Shown here: positions 8,550 through 18,076 of the stretch, in pieces
Layout of the letters: every line of letters starts with the position of its first letter
Position numbering within the stretch: the first letter of the stretch is position 1
Origin: Gemmatimonas sp.
GTDB taxonomy: Bacteria; Gemmatimonadota; Gemmatimonadetes; Gemmatimonadales; Gemmatimonadaceae
Reading direction: 5' to 3'
Length of the DNA: 64,000 bases
NCBI GenBank assembly: GCA_965279375.1
Contig: OZ257156.1
Location: 4,480,001 to 4,544,000, forward strand
The notes under the pieces: model-generated
What the model was told of the DNA's origin: nothing
The model's input: only the letters and a program-made list of their open reading frames with translations
Database searches by the model: none
Program-made: the position numbers and the translations under genes

Positions 8550-10295
8550 CTTGCTCGTCGACTTCTTGACCGTGGGCTTCTTGCCGGTGGCGCCCTTCGA
8601 CTTGCCTCCGCCCTTCTTCGACTTCGCAGACGACTTTCCCTTGGACTTCGCGCTCGCCTTCGCGCTCGCCTTCGCGCTCGACGAGCGCTTCGCCGAGCCT
8701 TTCGCGGACGCGACCTTGCGACTCTTCGACGAGGCGGTACTCGCCGTCGATCGCACGCGCAGCGTCTGACCGGTGATCACCCGGTTGGCCTTGATGCCGT
8801 TGAGCGCCTTGAGTCGCGACACACTGAGCCCGTACTTCCGCGCGATTCCGCCCAGCGTCTCGCCACGCCGAACCACGTGCACGCCGCGGCTGGCGAGGGA
8901 GGTGCTGCCGCTGCCACCGTACCGCTCGATCGACGGGTCGGGCACTGATCGCGCGAACGCCAACGTGGCGCGTGTCGGGACACGCACGCTCTGCCCCGAC
9001 GACAGGCGACCGCGCTTGCTTGTCTTGAGCCCCGGATTGAACCAGGCCAGTTGGCGCGCCTCCAGCCCATGCTTCGCGGCGAGAGAGGCAAGCGTCGTAG
9101 TCGCCCCGGAGACTCGCACGCTCGAGTACCCTGCCCGCTCGGCCTCGGAGAGCGCTGACAGCGCCTCCGACGCGCGCGACGCGGATCCCGCTGGAACGTG
9201 CACCCACAGGTCGGCGTCAGGCGGCACAACGCCACGCAGCATCGCCGGATTGAGATTACGCAGTTCCTCAGTACCGGCGCCGCTGGCCGTCGCCACCGCC
9301 GACAAGCTCGTGCCTGCGGGTGCGAGCACGGAGTCGTAGGCCAGGAGCGGCAGCGAATCGACCGACAGTCCGTATCGGCTCGGCATCTTGGCGATCAGCG
9401 CGGCGGCGATCAGCTGCGGGACGTAGTTCTTCGTTTCCGCGCGCAGGTAGTCGTGCTCGGCCAGTGCGAAGAAGCGGTCCTCACCTTCGCTCCCTTCCAT
9501 CTCGCCAGCATAGCGCGTGAGGCCCCGGGCCACGCGCCCCGGACCGCCGTTGTACGCCGCGGCCGCGAGGTACAGCGATCCGAACTGCTTTTGCAGATCG
9601 GAGAGGAAACGGATCGCCCCCTCGGTCGAACGCGCAGGATCGCGACGCTCGTCGACCCACCAGTCCACGCGCAGTCCGACCCCGCGGGCTGTGCCGCTCA
9701 TGAACTGCCACATCCCTACCGCGGCCGCGCGGGAGTAGGCATGCGGGTCGTAGCCACTTTCGATGAGCGCGAGATACGTCAGATCTTCGGGCATGCCACT
9801 CGCACGCAGCTTGGCGCGAATCATCGGCTCGTAGCGCGTGCCGCGGGACAGCCGCTCACGGAAGTGCTCGCGCGAGCTCGTGGAGAACAGCTGTACGTAG
9901 TGGGCGACGCGATCGTGGGTCTCGTAAGAACGCACGTCGATATCCCAGATCGGCTCCGCGTCGCCATCGAGCGCTGCCGCCGAGTCGAGGAACGGCACAA
10001 CCGTTGGGCGCAGTGCCGCGGAATCGCCAAAGACTGCCACGACCGTGCGCGACAGTTCGTCGTCGGTGGGGGTGACAACCTTGCTGCGCGATTGCTCCGC
10101 CGCCGGGACGGACGACGTGGTCGCGACGGTGTTGGACGCCATGGGCGCCAGCGCCGGCTGCGGGGCCACGTTCGCGTCGGCTGGTCGACACGCCTGCACG
10201 GCGCACAGCGCACAGATCGCGCTCAGCGTTCGCAGCAGCGAGCGCGCGCCATGCGGGCTTTCGAGATGTCTGGGGATTCGGAGGAAGGAGACCAC
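8532..10295 (-). CDS. MltD-like lytic transglycosylase with LysM domains and a Lys/Ser/Ala-rich C-terminal tail
   Basis: LALIESGY, AVGMWQFM, AAAYNGGPG, ETKNYVP; LysM HVVRRGETLGGIARKYG; lipobox-like VQAC. Confidence 0.88.
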   Translation of the reverse strand: MVSFLRIPRHLESPHGARSLLRTLSAICALCAVQACRPADANVAPQPALAPMASNTVATTSSVPAAEQSRSKVVTPTDDELSRTVVAVFGDSAALRPTVVPFLDSAAALDGDAEPIWDIDVRSYETHDRVAHYVQLFSTSSREHFRERLSRGTRYEPMIRAKLRASGMPEDLTYLALIESGYDPHAYSRAAAVGMWQFMSGTARGVGLRVDWWVDERRDPARSTEGAIRFLSDLQKQFGSLYLAAAAYNGGPGRVARGLTRYAGEMEGSEGEDRFFALAEHDYLRAETKNYVPQLIAAALIAKMPSRYGLSVDSLPLLAYDSVLAPAGTSLSAVATASGAGTEELRNLNPAMLRGVVPPDADLWVHVPAGSASRASEALSALSEAERAGYSSVRVSGATTTLASLAAKHGLEARQLAWFNPGLKTSKRGRLSSGQSVRVPTRATLAFARSVPDPSIERYGGSGSTSLASRGVHVVRRGETLGGIARKYGLSVSRLKALNGIKANRVITGQTLRVRSTASTASSKSRKVASAKGSAKRSSSAKASAKASAKSKGKSSAKSKKGGGKSKGATGKKPTVKKSTSKKKGAR

Positions 10296-10428
10296 GGCTA
10301 CAACCTATGCCGCGCAGAGCGACCTCGACACCGGCTGTTGTGACGGCGCGCGTGATTCCCGGCCCTGATCTTTCGTATCAGCTCGCGCGAACGCGTTCCG
10401 CGCGGCGCGACGACTCAGCGCCCGGGAG

Positions 10429-10905
10429 CTACGCGAACGGGTCGAGTCTCGTCAGATGCGGCGCGACGAGCCGGTTAACCGCGTGCAGCGTGGCGCGCGC
10501 GACACCCGTGAGCTGATCGTTGTCGCTGATGGCCGTCCCCACCACGCGGCAGGTAGTCCCGTCGCGATGGGCCAGAAGCGCCACCACCATCAGATTCGTA
10601 TCGAAGGCGCGCACAGGCTTCACGCCGACCAGCTCCAGCCGCAGCTCACCATTCGAGGCCTGGGACACCGCGTCGATGGTCGCGATCGCGGCCAGTCGCA
10701 GATCGCCCCCCAGGCAGGTCGCGCCCTCCTGCCGGTACTCGAGCGTCGCGTCGCTTTCGATATCCGCGAACTGTACGAACACCCGCGAGGTTGCCGCGGG
10801 ACCGCGCTCCAACCGGCAGCCAATCAGCTGCAAGCGAGCCGGCGACCGAGTCGCGGCCCTGGAGGCGTCAAAGCTGTTTGCTGTCGTCTGTTCCGTGGCG
10901 GCCAT
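10429..10905 (-). CDS. Hypothetical protein, possible stand-alone LeuA-type regulatory (beta-beta-beta-alpha x2) domain
   Basis: 158 aa ORF filling the gap between recognisable genes; ends VGTAISDNDQLTGVARATLHAVN. Confidence 0.55.
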   Translation of the reverse strand: MAATEQTTANSFDASRAATRSPARLQLIGCRLERGPAATSRVFVQFADIESDATLEYRQEGATCLGGDLRLAAIATIDAVSQASNGELRLELVGVKPVRAFDTNLMVVALLAHRDGTTCRVVGTAISDNDQLTGVARATLHAVNRLVAPHLTRLDPFA

Positions 10906-10998
10906 ACGGGGTTGGGCATGATGGATACAGGAATGCGCATTCCCTCATCCGCCTGACGACTTCAATTCACGTCCGTCACGCCCTCGGAACGGAAACGC

Positions 10999-11526
10999 CT
11001 AGCGCACCCCGCCAAGCATCACATAGGCGCAGACGATGGCGATGGCCTGTCCGACCGCCACGTCGCCCGGATAGTGGACCCCCAGCATCACGCGGGAGAA
11101 GCCAACCAGCAGCGCCGCGAGCAGCAGCGGTATGGCCAGTGCGGGAAAGGCCCACGCGTAGGCCACGGCCACGGCCATCGCGGCGCAGGCGTGTCCGCTC
11201 GGGAAGGAGAACCGGTCGGGCACCGTGATCAGCGCTTCGTACGACAGCCGCACGGAGGGCCGCTCGCGCACGGCGAAGCGCTTGACGATCTGCACAGCGA
11301 GGTGCGACGCGCCGAGCAACAGCAGCGCGCGCCATGCCGTCATGAAGGTGACGCCGGGGAGGAGCAACGACAGGAGGCAGGCGCCGATGCTGCCGCGTGC
11401 TCCACCCAGATGGGTGATCGTTGTCCAGAAGCTGCGTCGCGAGTGTGCGCACCGCGCGTCGAGCGCGAAGCGGACGAAGAGCGCGCGATCGCGCGCATCG
11501 AGTCGTGCCAGCAGTGGCGTAGTCAT
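10999..11526 (-). CDS. PAP2 family membrane phosphatase
   Basis: K-x5-ERP, SFPSGH, SRVMLGVHYPGDV. Confidence 0.92.
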   Translation of the reverse strand: MTTPLLARLDARDRALFVRFALDARCAHSRRSFWTTITHLGGARGSIGACLLSLLLPGVTFMTAWRALLLLGASHLAVQIVKRFAVRERPSVRLSYEALITVPDRFSFPSGHACAAMAVAVAYAWAFPALAIPLLLAALLVGFSRVMLGVHYPGDVAVGQAIAIVCAYVMLGGVR

Positions 11527-11572
11527 TGACCATGAGTATCCGCATGGCCCACCACGAACGCCTACGTGCGCC

Positions 11573-11611
11573 GAAACGCAGGGGAAACGTTGCCGAAACG
11601 ACGGCGTAACG
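11573..11611 (-). promoter_or_regulatory. Four direct repeats with 11-bp period upstream of the PAP2 gene (OmpR/PhoB-type operator candidate)
   Basis: GAAACG at 11573, 11584 and 11595 and GTAACG at 11606. Confidence 0.5.
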
Positions 11612-11669
11612 GCGCACGCGAGTTACGCGATCCCAGAGCGTGCTCGCCGATGAGTTGGCGCGCGAACGA

Positions 11670-12326
11670 TCAGTTGGTGGTCGTGCTGATGCCTGCTTCG
11701 AGGGCGAAGCGCGTGAGGCCGGCGACGCTGTGAATCTCGAGCTTGCGCATCAGGCTTTCGCGGTGCGCTTCGACTGTGCGTCGGCTGATGCCCAGTTCGC
11801 CGGCGATCGCCTTGTTGGTCAGTCCACGTGCGACTCCACCCAACACGTCGCGCTCGCGTGGCGTGAGTGCTTCGAGCTGCGCGCCGGGAGTGCTTGCCGC
11901 CGACGCGTCGCCCGCAGAGAGTCGGCGTACCACCGCCGGAGAGAAGAACGTGCCCCCGGCATACACTGCGCGAATCGCCGCGCGCAGTTCTTCACCGGCG
12001 CTGTCCTTGAGGATGTAGCCGTGCGTTCCTATGCGCATGCCCTCGCGGACGTACTCCACGTGATCGTGCATGCTGAGCAACAGCACGCGCGCGGCCGGCA
12101 GCAGGTCGCGCAGTCGCGCCGCCGCACGCAGCCCAGTCTCTTCGGGCATGGTGATGTCGAGCACCACGACATCCGGTTGATGCAGGACGGCCAGCTCCAC
12201 CGCATCACGCCCGTTCGATGCTTCTGCGACCACCTCGATTCCGGGCTCGGCATCGAGCACGTGGCGAATACCCTCGCGAACGAGGGCGTGGTCATCGGCA
12301 ACGAGGACTCGGATGGAACGACTCAT
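11670..12326 (-). CDS. NarL/LuxR family response regulator
   Basis: VLVADDH, VLDITMP, GYILK; HTH LTPRERDVL...NKAIAGELGISRRTVEAHR. Confidence 0.95.
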   Translation of the reverse strand: MSRSIRVLVADDHALVREGIRHVLDAEPGIEVVAEASNGRDAVELAVLHQPDVVVLDITMPEETGLRAAARLRDLLPAARVLLLSMHDHVEYVREGMRIGTHGYILKDSAGEELRAAIRAVYAGGTFFSPAVVRRLSAGDASAASTPGAQLEALTPRERDVLGGVARGLTNKAIAGELGISRRTVEAHRESLMRKLEIHSVAGLTRFALEAGISTTTN

Positions 12327-12354
12327 GACGGACCGGAGACGAAGGCGAGGGAAA

Positions 12355-14199
12355 TCAGGACGCGTGCGCCGCAACGACCGCGGCGACCGGAATGGTGATC
12401 TGAACGTCGGCGCCGCGTTCGCTCGCCGGCCCGTTGGCTACGACAACGTTACCCCCGACTGCGAGCATGCGCTCACGCATGCCAGTCAGCCCCATGCGTC
12501 CTTCGGGCTCCTGCACGCGTCCATCGCGCGCGACGGGAAAGCCGCGACCGTCGTCGCGCACGCGCATGTGCAGCAAGCCATCGCGCACCCAGACCGTCAC
12601 CGCGATCGAGCGCGCATCGGCGTGTCGCGCGACGTTCGACAACGCTTCCTGCAGTGCGCGGAACAGCGCGAGATCGGCGTCCGCGTGCAGCGCAGGCAGC
12701 TGCGCAGGCGCCGTCAGCGTGGTACGCAGGCCACTGCGCTCGGAGAAATCACTCACGAGCGAACGGAGTGCCGGCAGTAGCCCCAGATCATCGAGCAACG
12801 ACGGACGCAAATCGCTCGTCACCTGGCGAATGCTGCGAATGCCGGTGTCCACCAGCTCGAGCAGGCGATCGAGCCGACTGGAGGCGTTGGACGGCAGCAA
12901 CGTGCGCAATCCTTCGAGCTGCATCTTCACCGCGGAGAACACCTGAGCCGTTTCGTCGTGCAGTTCGCGCGAGAGTCGCCGACGCTCGTCCTCGTGCTGA
13001 CGAACCATGCGCGTAGAGAGTGTCTCGAGCGCGGCGGTGCGTGCAGCGAGCTGTCGATCGAGCGTGGACTGTTCGAGTGCCGCACCCACTTGCTGCCCCA
13101 GCGCAAGCAGAAAATCGTCGTCGAGGGCAGTAAACGGATTGCGAATGTCACCCGCCATCACGAGCGCGCCGGCAAGCCGATTGCCCGAAGAAATGGGCAG
13201 CGCGGCCACGAAGGGTTGCTCGCCGCTGGTCGCGACAAGCTGCGGACGGCGCGTCAGGCGCATGCGCTTGAGCGCCTGGGCCACCGGCTCGAGCGGCGTG
13301 GTGTCCTGCCAGGCCACGCAGCTGCCAGCGCCTCGCACGAACCGTCCGTCGGCATCGGGCGCGGCTCCCTCCGGGCGTGCGTCTTCGTCGTCGCTGTAGT
13401 ACAGGTACATCGCGCTGCCACGCACGCCCGGCAGGGTCAGCGGCCGCGAGAGCAGCAGATCGAGCGGATCCGCCTTGGCGTCGTGGCGCTGCAGGTCACC
13501 CGACAGCGCGGTCAACGCGCGAACCCCTCGGCCGAGATCGTCGAGGACCAGCAGCACGAGTCCGGCGCCGACCAACAGTTCGAAGCAGATGTCGAGGTAG
13601 TAGCCCCACGGCGTCCACGCGCCCTGCGCGCGCAGGAAGGGGTAGTCGAGGTGGTGCAGTCCCCAGAGCGCGAACGAGAGCGCGAGCAGACGCGCGCCGG
13701 GTGAACCCACCAGCCGATGGTGTCTCCAGAAGACCCAGCCGGTCCACGCCGTCGCGCCGCTGAGAAAGAGCACCGCTGGCAACGCGGCCCACAAAAAGTG
13801 CTCGAGCTGGTAGATCGCAATGAACGACCAGAGCGGCGGGAAGAGCGCGAGCACGAGATAGATCGGCCGCGCCTTCGGCTGTCGCAAAAACACCAGCGAC
13901 GCCCAGAGCAGCACCAATGCCGTCCAACCCGTCGTCACCTGATGCCAGTAGAGCCAGATGCGATCGGTGGTCAGCAAAAAGCTCAGAATGCACAGCAGTC
14001 GCGCAACGTAGATGCCCCACGCGACCGCGAACCAGCCGAACCACGGGCGGTGATACCGCGAGTACAGATGCGCACACAGCGCCGCCAACCCGGTCGTGAT
14101 CGCGCCCTGCAACAGCGTCGCCGCCAACTCCGACGCCAGCAATGGCGACGGCAGCAGCAGCGAGGGCGGCGAGGCGAAGGAGCTCTGCAGCAAGAGCAC
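12355..14199 (-). CDS. Membrane sensor histidine kinase (about 7 TM, GAF-like region, HisKA_3, HATPase)
   Basis: ERRRLSRELHDETAQ, QEALSNVARHA, DDGRGF, GLTGMRER. Confidence 0.93.
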   Translation of the reverse strand: MLLLQSSFASPPSLLLPSPLLASELAATLLQGAITTGLAALCAHLYSRYHRPWFGWFAVAWGIYVARLLCILSFLLTTDRIWLYWHQVTTGWTALVLLWASLVFLRQPKARPIYLVLALFPPLWSFIAIYQLEHFLWAALPAVLFLSGATAWTGWVFWRHHRLVGSPGARLLALSFALWGLHHLDYPFLRAQGAWTPWGYYLDICFELLVGAGLVLLVLDDLGRGVRALTALSGDLQRHDAKADPLDLLLSRPLTLPGVRGSAMYLYYSDDEDARPEGAAPDADGRFVRGAGSCVAWQDTTPLEPVAQALKRMRLTRRPQLVATSGEQPFVAALPISSGNRLAGALVMAGDIRNPFTALDDDFLLALGQQVGAALEQSTLDRQLAARTAALETLSTRMVRQHEDERRRLSRELHDETAQVFSAVKMQLEGLRTLLPSNASSRLDRLLELVDTGIRSIRQVTSDLRPSLLDDLGLLPALRSLVSDFSERSGLRTTLTAPAQLPALHADADLALFRALQEALSNVARHADARSIAVTVWVRDGLLHMRVRDDGRGFPVARDGRVQEPEGRMGLTGMRERMLAVGGNVVVANGPASERGADVQITIPVAAVVAAHAS

Positions 14200-14201
14200 G
14201 C

Positions 14202-15824
14202 CTACTCGCCCGTCGCGGGCGGTGGTGCGCCGTCACCGCTTTGCGTGACGTGATAGACCGTGCGCGACGGATACGCGATGCTCGATCCTTGCGTCGCCAC
14301 GATGTCGACGAAGTCGAGCAGCATGCGGTGGCGGATCTGCAGAAACTCGCCCCAATCGGTCGTATCGAACCACGCGAAGACCCGCATGCGAATCGCCGAA
14401 TCGGTCAACGCGACGACATGTACCCGCACAGCATCAGGCCAGACCTTCGGATGTTCTCGAATCTTCGCTTCGATTGCATCGCGTATCGCATCGACTTGCG
14501 CGGCGGTGGTGTCGTACGTGATGTCGAGATCGGTGCGCAGGAACATCCGATCGCGTTCGCCGAACGTTTCGATGCGCTCGTCGGCGAGACGACCGTTGGG
14601 AATGCGCACGACGGTGCGATCGTTCGTGCGAAAGCTTGTGGATCGCAGTCCGATCCGCTCGATCGTGCCCTCGGTGGTGCCGGCGCGCACCCAGTCGCCC
14701 ACGCGAAACGCCTTGTCTGCGGCGAGCGAGACGCTGCCGAACAGATGCTCCACGGTCTTCTGACCGGCGAGCGCCACCGCAATGCCGCCGATGCCAAGAC
14801 CGGCCAGCAGCGTGCCGACGGGATATCCAAACTGCGAGAGCGTGACGAGAATCGCGACGATCGCGAGCGTGACGCGCAGGATGTTGCCGAGCAGCGGCAC
14901 GAGGGTGCGCGCCTGCTGCGAATCGCCGCCCGCCCACACCGCATTCGCCACGCGCTCCTGCACCAGTCGCACCACGCGCAGCACGCCCCAGAACATCGAC
15001 AGCAGCACCAACCCACGCGTCGTGTCGTCCACGAAACTCGCCACGCGCGTGTTCAGGTCGATGATGCGAAGCAACGGCGTGGCGGCAACGGCGGCGACCC
15101 ACAAACGGAACGGGCCGCGCAGGTGCGTCACCAGCAGATCATCCCACTCGGTTGCCGTGCGTGACGCGAGCCGCGTCAGAATGCTGCGCAGCAATCCCCC
15201 CACCAGCCACGCCAACAGCAACAGCACCGGGATCGCCACCAGCAGCGCAATCCACTGCCAGTAGAACACGTGCCACGGACCCTCGCGCATCAATGTCGGC
15301 GGAACCCGATCGCGCACCCACGGCGATCCGAGATTCTCATACCAGCCATCGATCGCGCGCACCGTAGTTGTCGAAAACACCCAGCGCACGCCGGTGCCAG
15401 TCGTCGTGCTCACCATGCGCACCGGATCCTCGCGACCGCTCATTCCGGCGATCACGCCGATGCGGTCACCCTGTCGATCGCCGTCCGTTGTGTCACCGAC
15501 GGTCAGTGGTGACACACTGCCGACGTCCAGTGCGAGCCGTTGATCCAGCACGACTTTCAGTCGACGCGCCAGCACGGGTGCGAGCTCACGATCCGCGGAG
15601 ACGACGGCCAAATAGTCGGCCGCCACATCCCAGTCACCGGCCTTCGCCGCGCGCAGATACTCCTGCAGCGACGCACGGGGGGAACCGGCGGCGACGACTG
15701 CGGGTGACTCAGCGGCGGCCGACGGGGGCGCCGACTTCGGCAACAGCTGCGCGCCGGCGACATGAGGCAGCAGCATCGCACCCACCGCCAGCGAGAGCAG
15801 TCGCACGCGCGCCACCTGGCGCAT
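14202..15824 (-). CDS. MscS family mechanosensitive channel with a periplasmic N-terminal domain (start uncertain, 15824-15902)
   Basis: LLAGLGIGGIAVALAGQKTV, FRVGDWV, GTIERIGLRST, IPNG, IAYPSRT. Confidence 0.9.
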   Translation of the reverse strand: MRQVARVRLLSLAVGAMLLPHVAGAQLLPKSAPPSAAAESPAVVAAGSPRASLQEYLRAAKAGDWDVAADYLAVVSADRELAPVLARRLKVVLDQRLALDVGSVSPLTVGDTTDGDRQGDRIGVIAGMSGREDPVRMVSTTTGTGVRWVFSTTTVRAIDGWYENLGSPWVRDRVPPTLMREGPWHVFYWQWIALLVAIPVLLLLAWLVGGLLRSILTRLASRTATEWDDLLVTHLRGPFRLWVAAVAATPLLRIIDLNTRVASFVDDTTRGLVLLSMFWGVLRVVRLVQERVANAVWAGGDSQQARTLVPLLGNILRVTLAIVAILVTLSQFGYPVGTLLAGLGIGGIAVALAGQKTVEHLFGSVSLAADKAFRVGDWVRAGTTEGTIERIGLRSTSFRTNDRTVVRIPNGRLADERIETFGERDRMFLRTDLDITYDTTAAQVDAIRDAIEAKIREHPKVWPDAVRVHVVALTDSAIRMRVFAWFDTTDWGEFLQIRHRMLLDFVDIVATQGSSIAYPSRTVYHVTQSGDGAPPPATGE

Positions 15825-15911
15825 CACGTCACGCGTCACAGCATGCGAGACTCCACGCATGGAGCCACGCGAGAGACTTTCGAGCAAATCAGAGCAGCGC
15901 ATACGCGCAAG

Positions 15912-16493
15912 CTAAGGCGTGAGGCGCTCCGACGGCACGCGCACCGCCAGCGCTGCCTCGATGTCCGCACTCAAAGACGCGGGCGTGGCGTTCGGGGCGT
16001 AGCGGCGAATCACCTTGCCGTCCCGTCCCACGAGGAACTTGGTGAAGTTCCACTTGATCGCTTCGCTGCCGAGGAGCCCGGGCGCCTGCACGCGCAGCCA
16101 CTGGAAGAGCGGGTGTGCCGACGAGCCATTCACCTCAACCTTGGCCATCATCGGAAAGCTCACGCCGTAGTTGCGCTGGCAGAACGTCGCGATCTCGGCG
16201 TTGCTGCCGGGGTCCTGCGCGCCGAATTCGTTGCTCGGAAAGCCCACCACAGCAAGCCCGCGCTCGCGGTACTCCTGCCAGAGCGCTTCGAGTCCCGCGA
16301 ACTGCGGCGTGAAGCCGCAGGCGCTCGCCGTGTTGACCACCAGCACGACCTGCCCGGCCAGCGAGGAGAGCGCCAGGCGCGCGCCATCGATCGACTCGGC
16401 GTCGAAGTCCGACAGGCTCAGCGTTTTCGGGTCGAGCGCGGGGAACGGGCGCGTTTGGTTTTGCTCAACGGGTGACGACGGGTCAACACTCAC
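15912..16493 (-). CDS. Glutathione peroxidase family protein
   Basis: VNTASACGFTPQ, GFPSNEFGAQDPG, IKWNFTKFLV. Confidence 0.95.
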   Translation of the reverse strand: MSVDPSSPVEQNQTRPFPALDPKTLSLSDFDAESIDGARLALSSLAGQVVLVVNTASACGFTPQFAGLEALWQEYRERGLAVVGFPSNEFGAQDPGSNAEIATFCQRNYGVSFPMMAKVEVNGSSAHPLFQWLRVQAPGLLGSEAIKWNFTKFLVGRDGKVIRRYAPNATPASLSADIEAALAVRVPSERLTP

Positions 16494-16681
16494 GGCAGCA
16501 GCTCGGGATCAGGTAAGTAGACTGGGAACCACTCGACGCGCGGTCAACGGTTCGCGCAGGGGATCCCGTTCCGCAAGCATGGCGTTGGACACACGACGCG
16601 ATGGTCGCCCACCCCGCTGTGCGATAAGTTGCCAACGACTGTCGCTTCCCGCCCCCACCGACCCTTCAGGAGTGTCGCCTC

Positions 16682-17911
16682 ATGCGCTTGTCCCGTCCCA
16701 TGCGCGTCCTCGGCTTCGCGCTCGGCGTTGCGCCCGCCGTTGCCTGCGCCCAGAACGGCGGCGTGGATCCGCGCCCGCCCAACGCCCCCACGCAGACGCC
16801 CGCCTTCGCTGGTCAAACCCGCGCGCCGGAGCAGAAGCTCGGCGTGGCGTTCGACGTGGTCACCGTGGCGTCGGGGCTGGATAGTCCATGGGGACTCGCG
16901 TTCCTGCCGGGCGGCAAAATGCTCGTGACGGAGCGCCCCGGCCGCATGCGCGTTGTGGCCGCAGACGGCAGCCTGTCCACAGCTGTGGCCGGCCTGCCGG
17001 CGATGGATGTGGGCGGTCAGGGCGGCCTGCTCGACGTCGTGCTGCATCCCAACTTCGCCAGCAACAAGCTGGTGTACTGGAGCTACGCCGAGGCGCAGGC
17101 GACGGGCGGAAACAACACGGCGGTCGCACGCGGTACCTTCGTGGACGGTCCGGCGCCGCGCATGGACAACGTGCAGGTGGTCTTCCACCAGGCTCCGTCG
17201 CTCGTCTCCAAGCAGCACTTCGCTGGACGACTGGTCTTCGCGCGTGACGGCAAGCTGTTCGTGACGCTCGGCGATCGTTCGATCATCGAGGGCCGCATGC
17301 AGGCGCAGCGCATGGACGGTCTGCTCGGCAAGGTCGTGCGTATCGAAGCCGACGGAAAGATTCCTGCCGACAACCCGTTCGTGGGCAAGAGCGGCGTACG
17401 TCCCGAGATCTGGTCCATCGGCCATCGCAATCCGCAGGGCGCCGCGCTCAATCCCGCGACGGGCGAACTGTGGACCGTGGAGCATGGCACGCGCGGCGGC
17501 GATGAGCTCAACATCCCGCGCAAGGGCAAGGACTACGGCTGGCCCACCATCGCCTACGGCATCGAGTACCGCGGCGAGAAGATCACCGGCGGCATCACGG
17601 CGCAGGACGGCATGGAGCAGCCGCTGTACTACTGGGACCCCGTCATCGCCCCCAGCGGCATGACCTTCTACACGGGCAACCTGTTCCCTGCTTGGAAGGG
17701 GAGCCTGTTTCTGGGCGGACTGGGAAGCACGAATCTCGTGCGTCTGAGCCTGTCGGGCGAAAAGATCACCGGCGAGGAGCGACTGCTGACCGATCTCAAG
17801 CCCGCGCGTGAGCGCATTCGCGACGTGCGTCAGGGGCCGGACGGGGCACTCTACCTGCTCACGGACAACACGGCAGGACGCATTCTCAAGCTGGTGCCGG
17901 CCAAGAAGTAA
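16682..17911 (+). CDS. PQQ-dependent sugar dehydrogenase (GSDH/YliI family), exported
   Basis: [51 protein letters not shown]. Confidence 0.92.
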   Translation: MRLSRPMRVLGFALGVAPAVACAQNGGVDPRPPNAPTQTPAFAGQTRAPEQKLGVAFDVVTVASGLDSPWGLAFLPGGKMLVTERPGRMRVVAADGSLSTAVAGLPAMDVGGQGGLLDVVLHPNFASNKLVYWSYAEAQATGGNNTAVARGTFVDGPAPRMDNVQVVFHQAPSLVSKQHFAGRLVFARDGKLFVTLGDRSIIEGRMQAQRMDGLLGKVVRIEADGKIPADNPFVGKSGVRPEIWSIGHRNPQGAALNPATGELWTVEHGTRGGDELNIPRKGKDYGWPTIAYGIEYRGEKITGGITAQDGMEQPLYYWDPVIAPSGMTFYTGNLFPAWKGSLFLGGLGSTNLVRLSLSGEKITGEERLLTDLKPARERIRDVRQGPDGALYLLTDNTAGRILKLVPAKK

Positions 17912-17972
17912 GCACGGGCGCCATGGGGCACTGTGTTGCGTTGCGGCGAAGACTCAACGTGAAGCCACGCAG

Positions 17973-18045
17973 TGCCCCGACTGGGACTCGAACCCAGGAC
18001 CTACGGCTTAAAAGGCCGCTGCTCTACCAACTGAGCTATCGGAGC
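17973..18045 (-). tRNA. tRNA-Lys (anticodon UUU), CCA not encoded
   Basis: Reverse complement GCTCCGA TAGCTCAGTTGGTAGAGCA GCGGC CT TTT AA GCCGT AGGTC CTGGG TTCGAGT CCCAG TCGGGGC A folds as a full cloverleaf. Confidence 0.96.
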
Positions 18046-18076
18046 AAGCCGCGTACTTCCGCGGCCGACGGGCAAT

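Noticed and set aside
17973..18045. tRNA as the integration site of an island
   Set aside because: No integrase nearby, and I saw no duplicated tRNA 3' end (by eye only).
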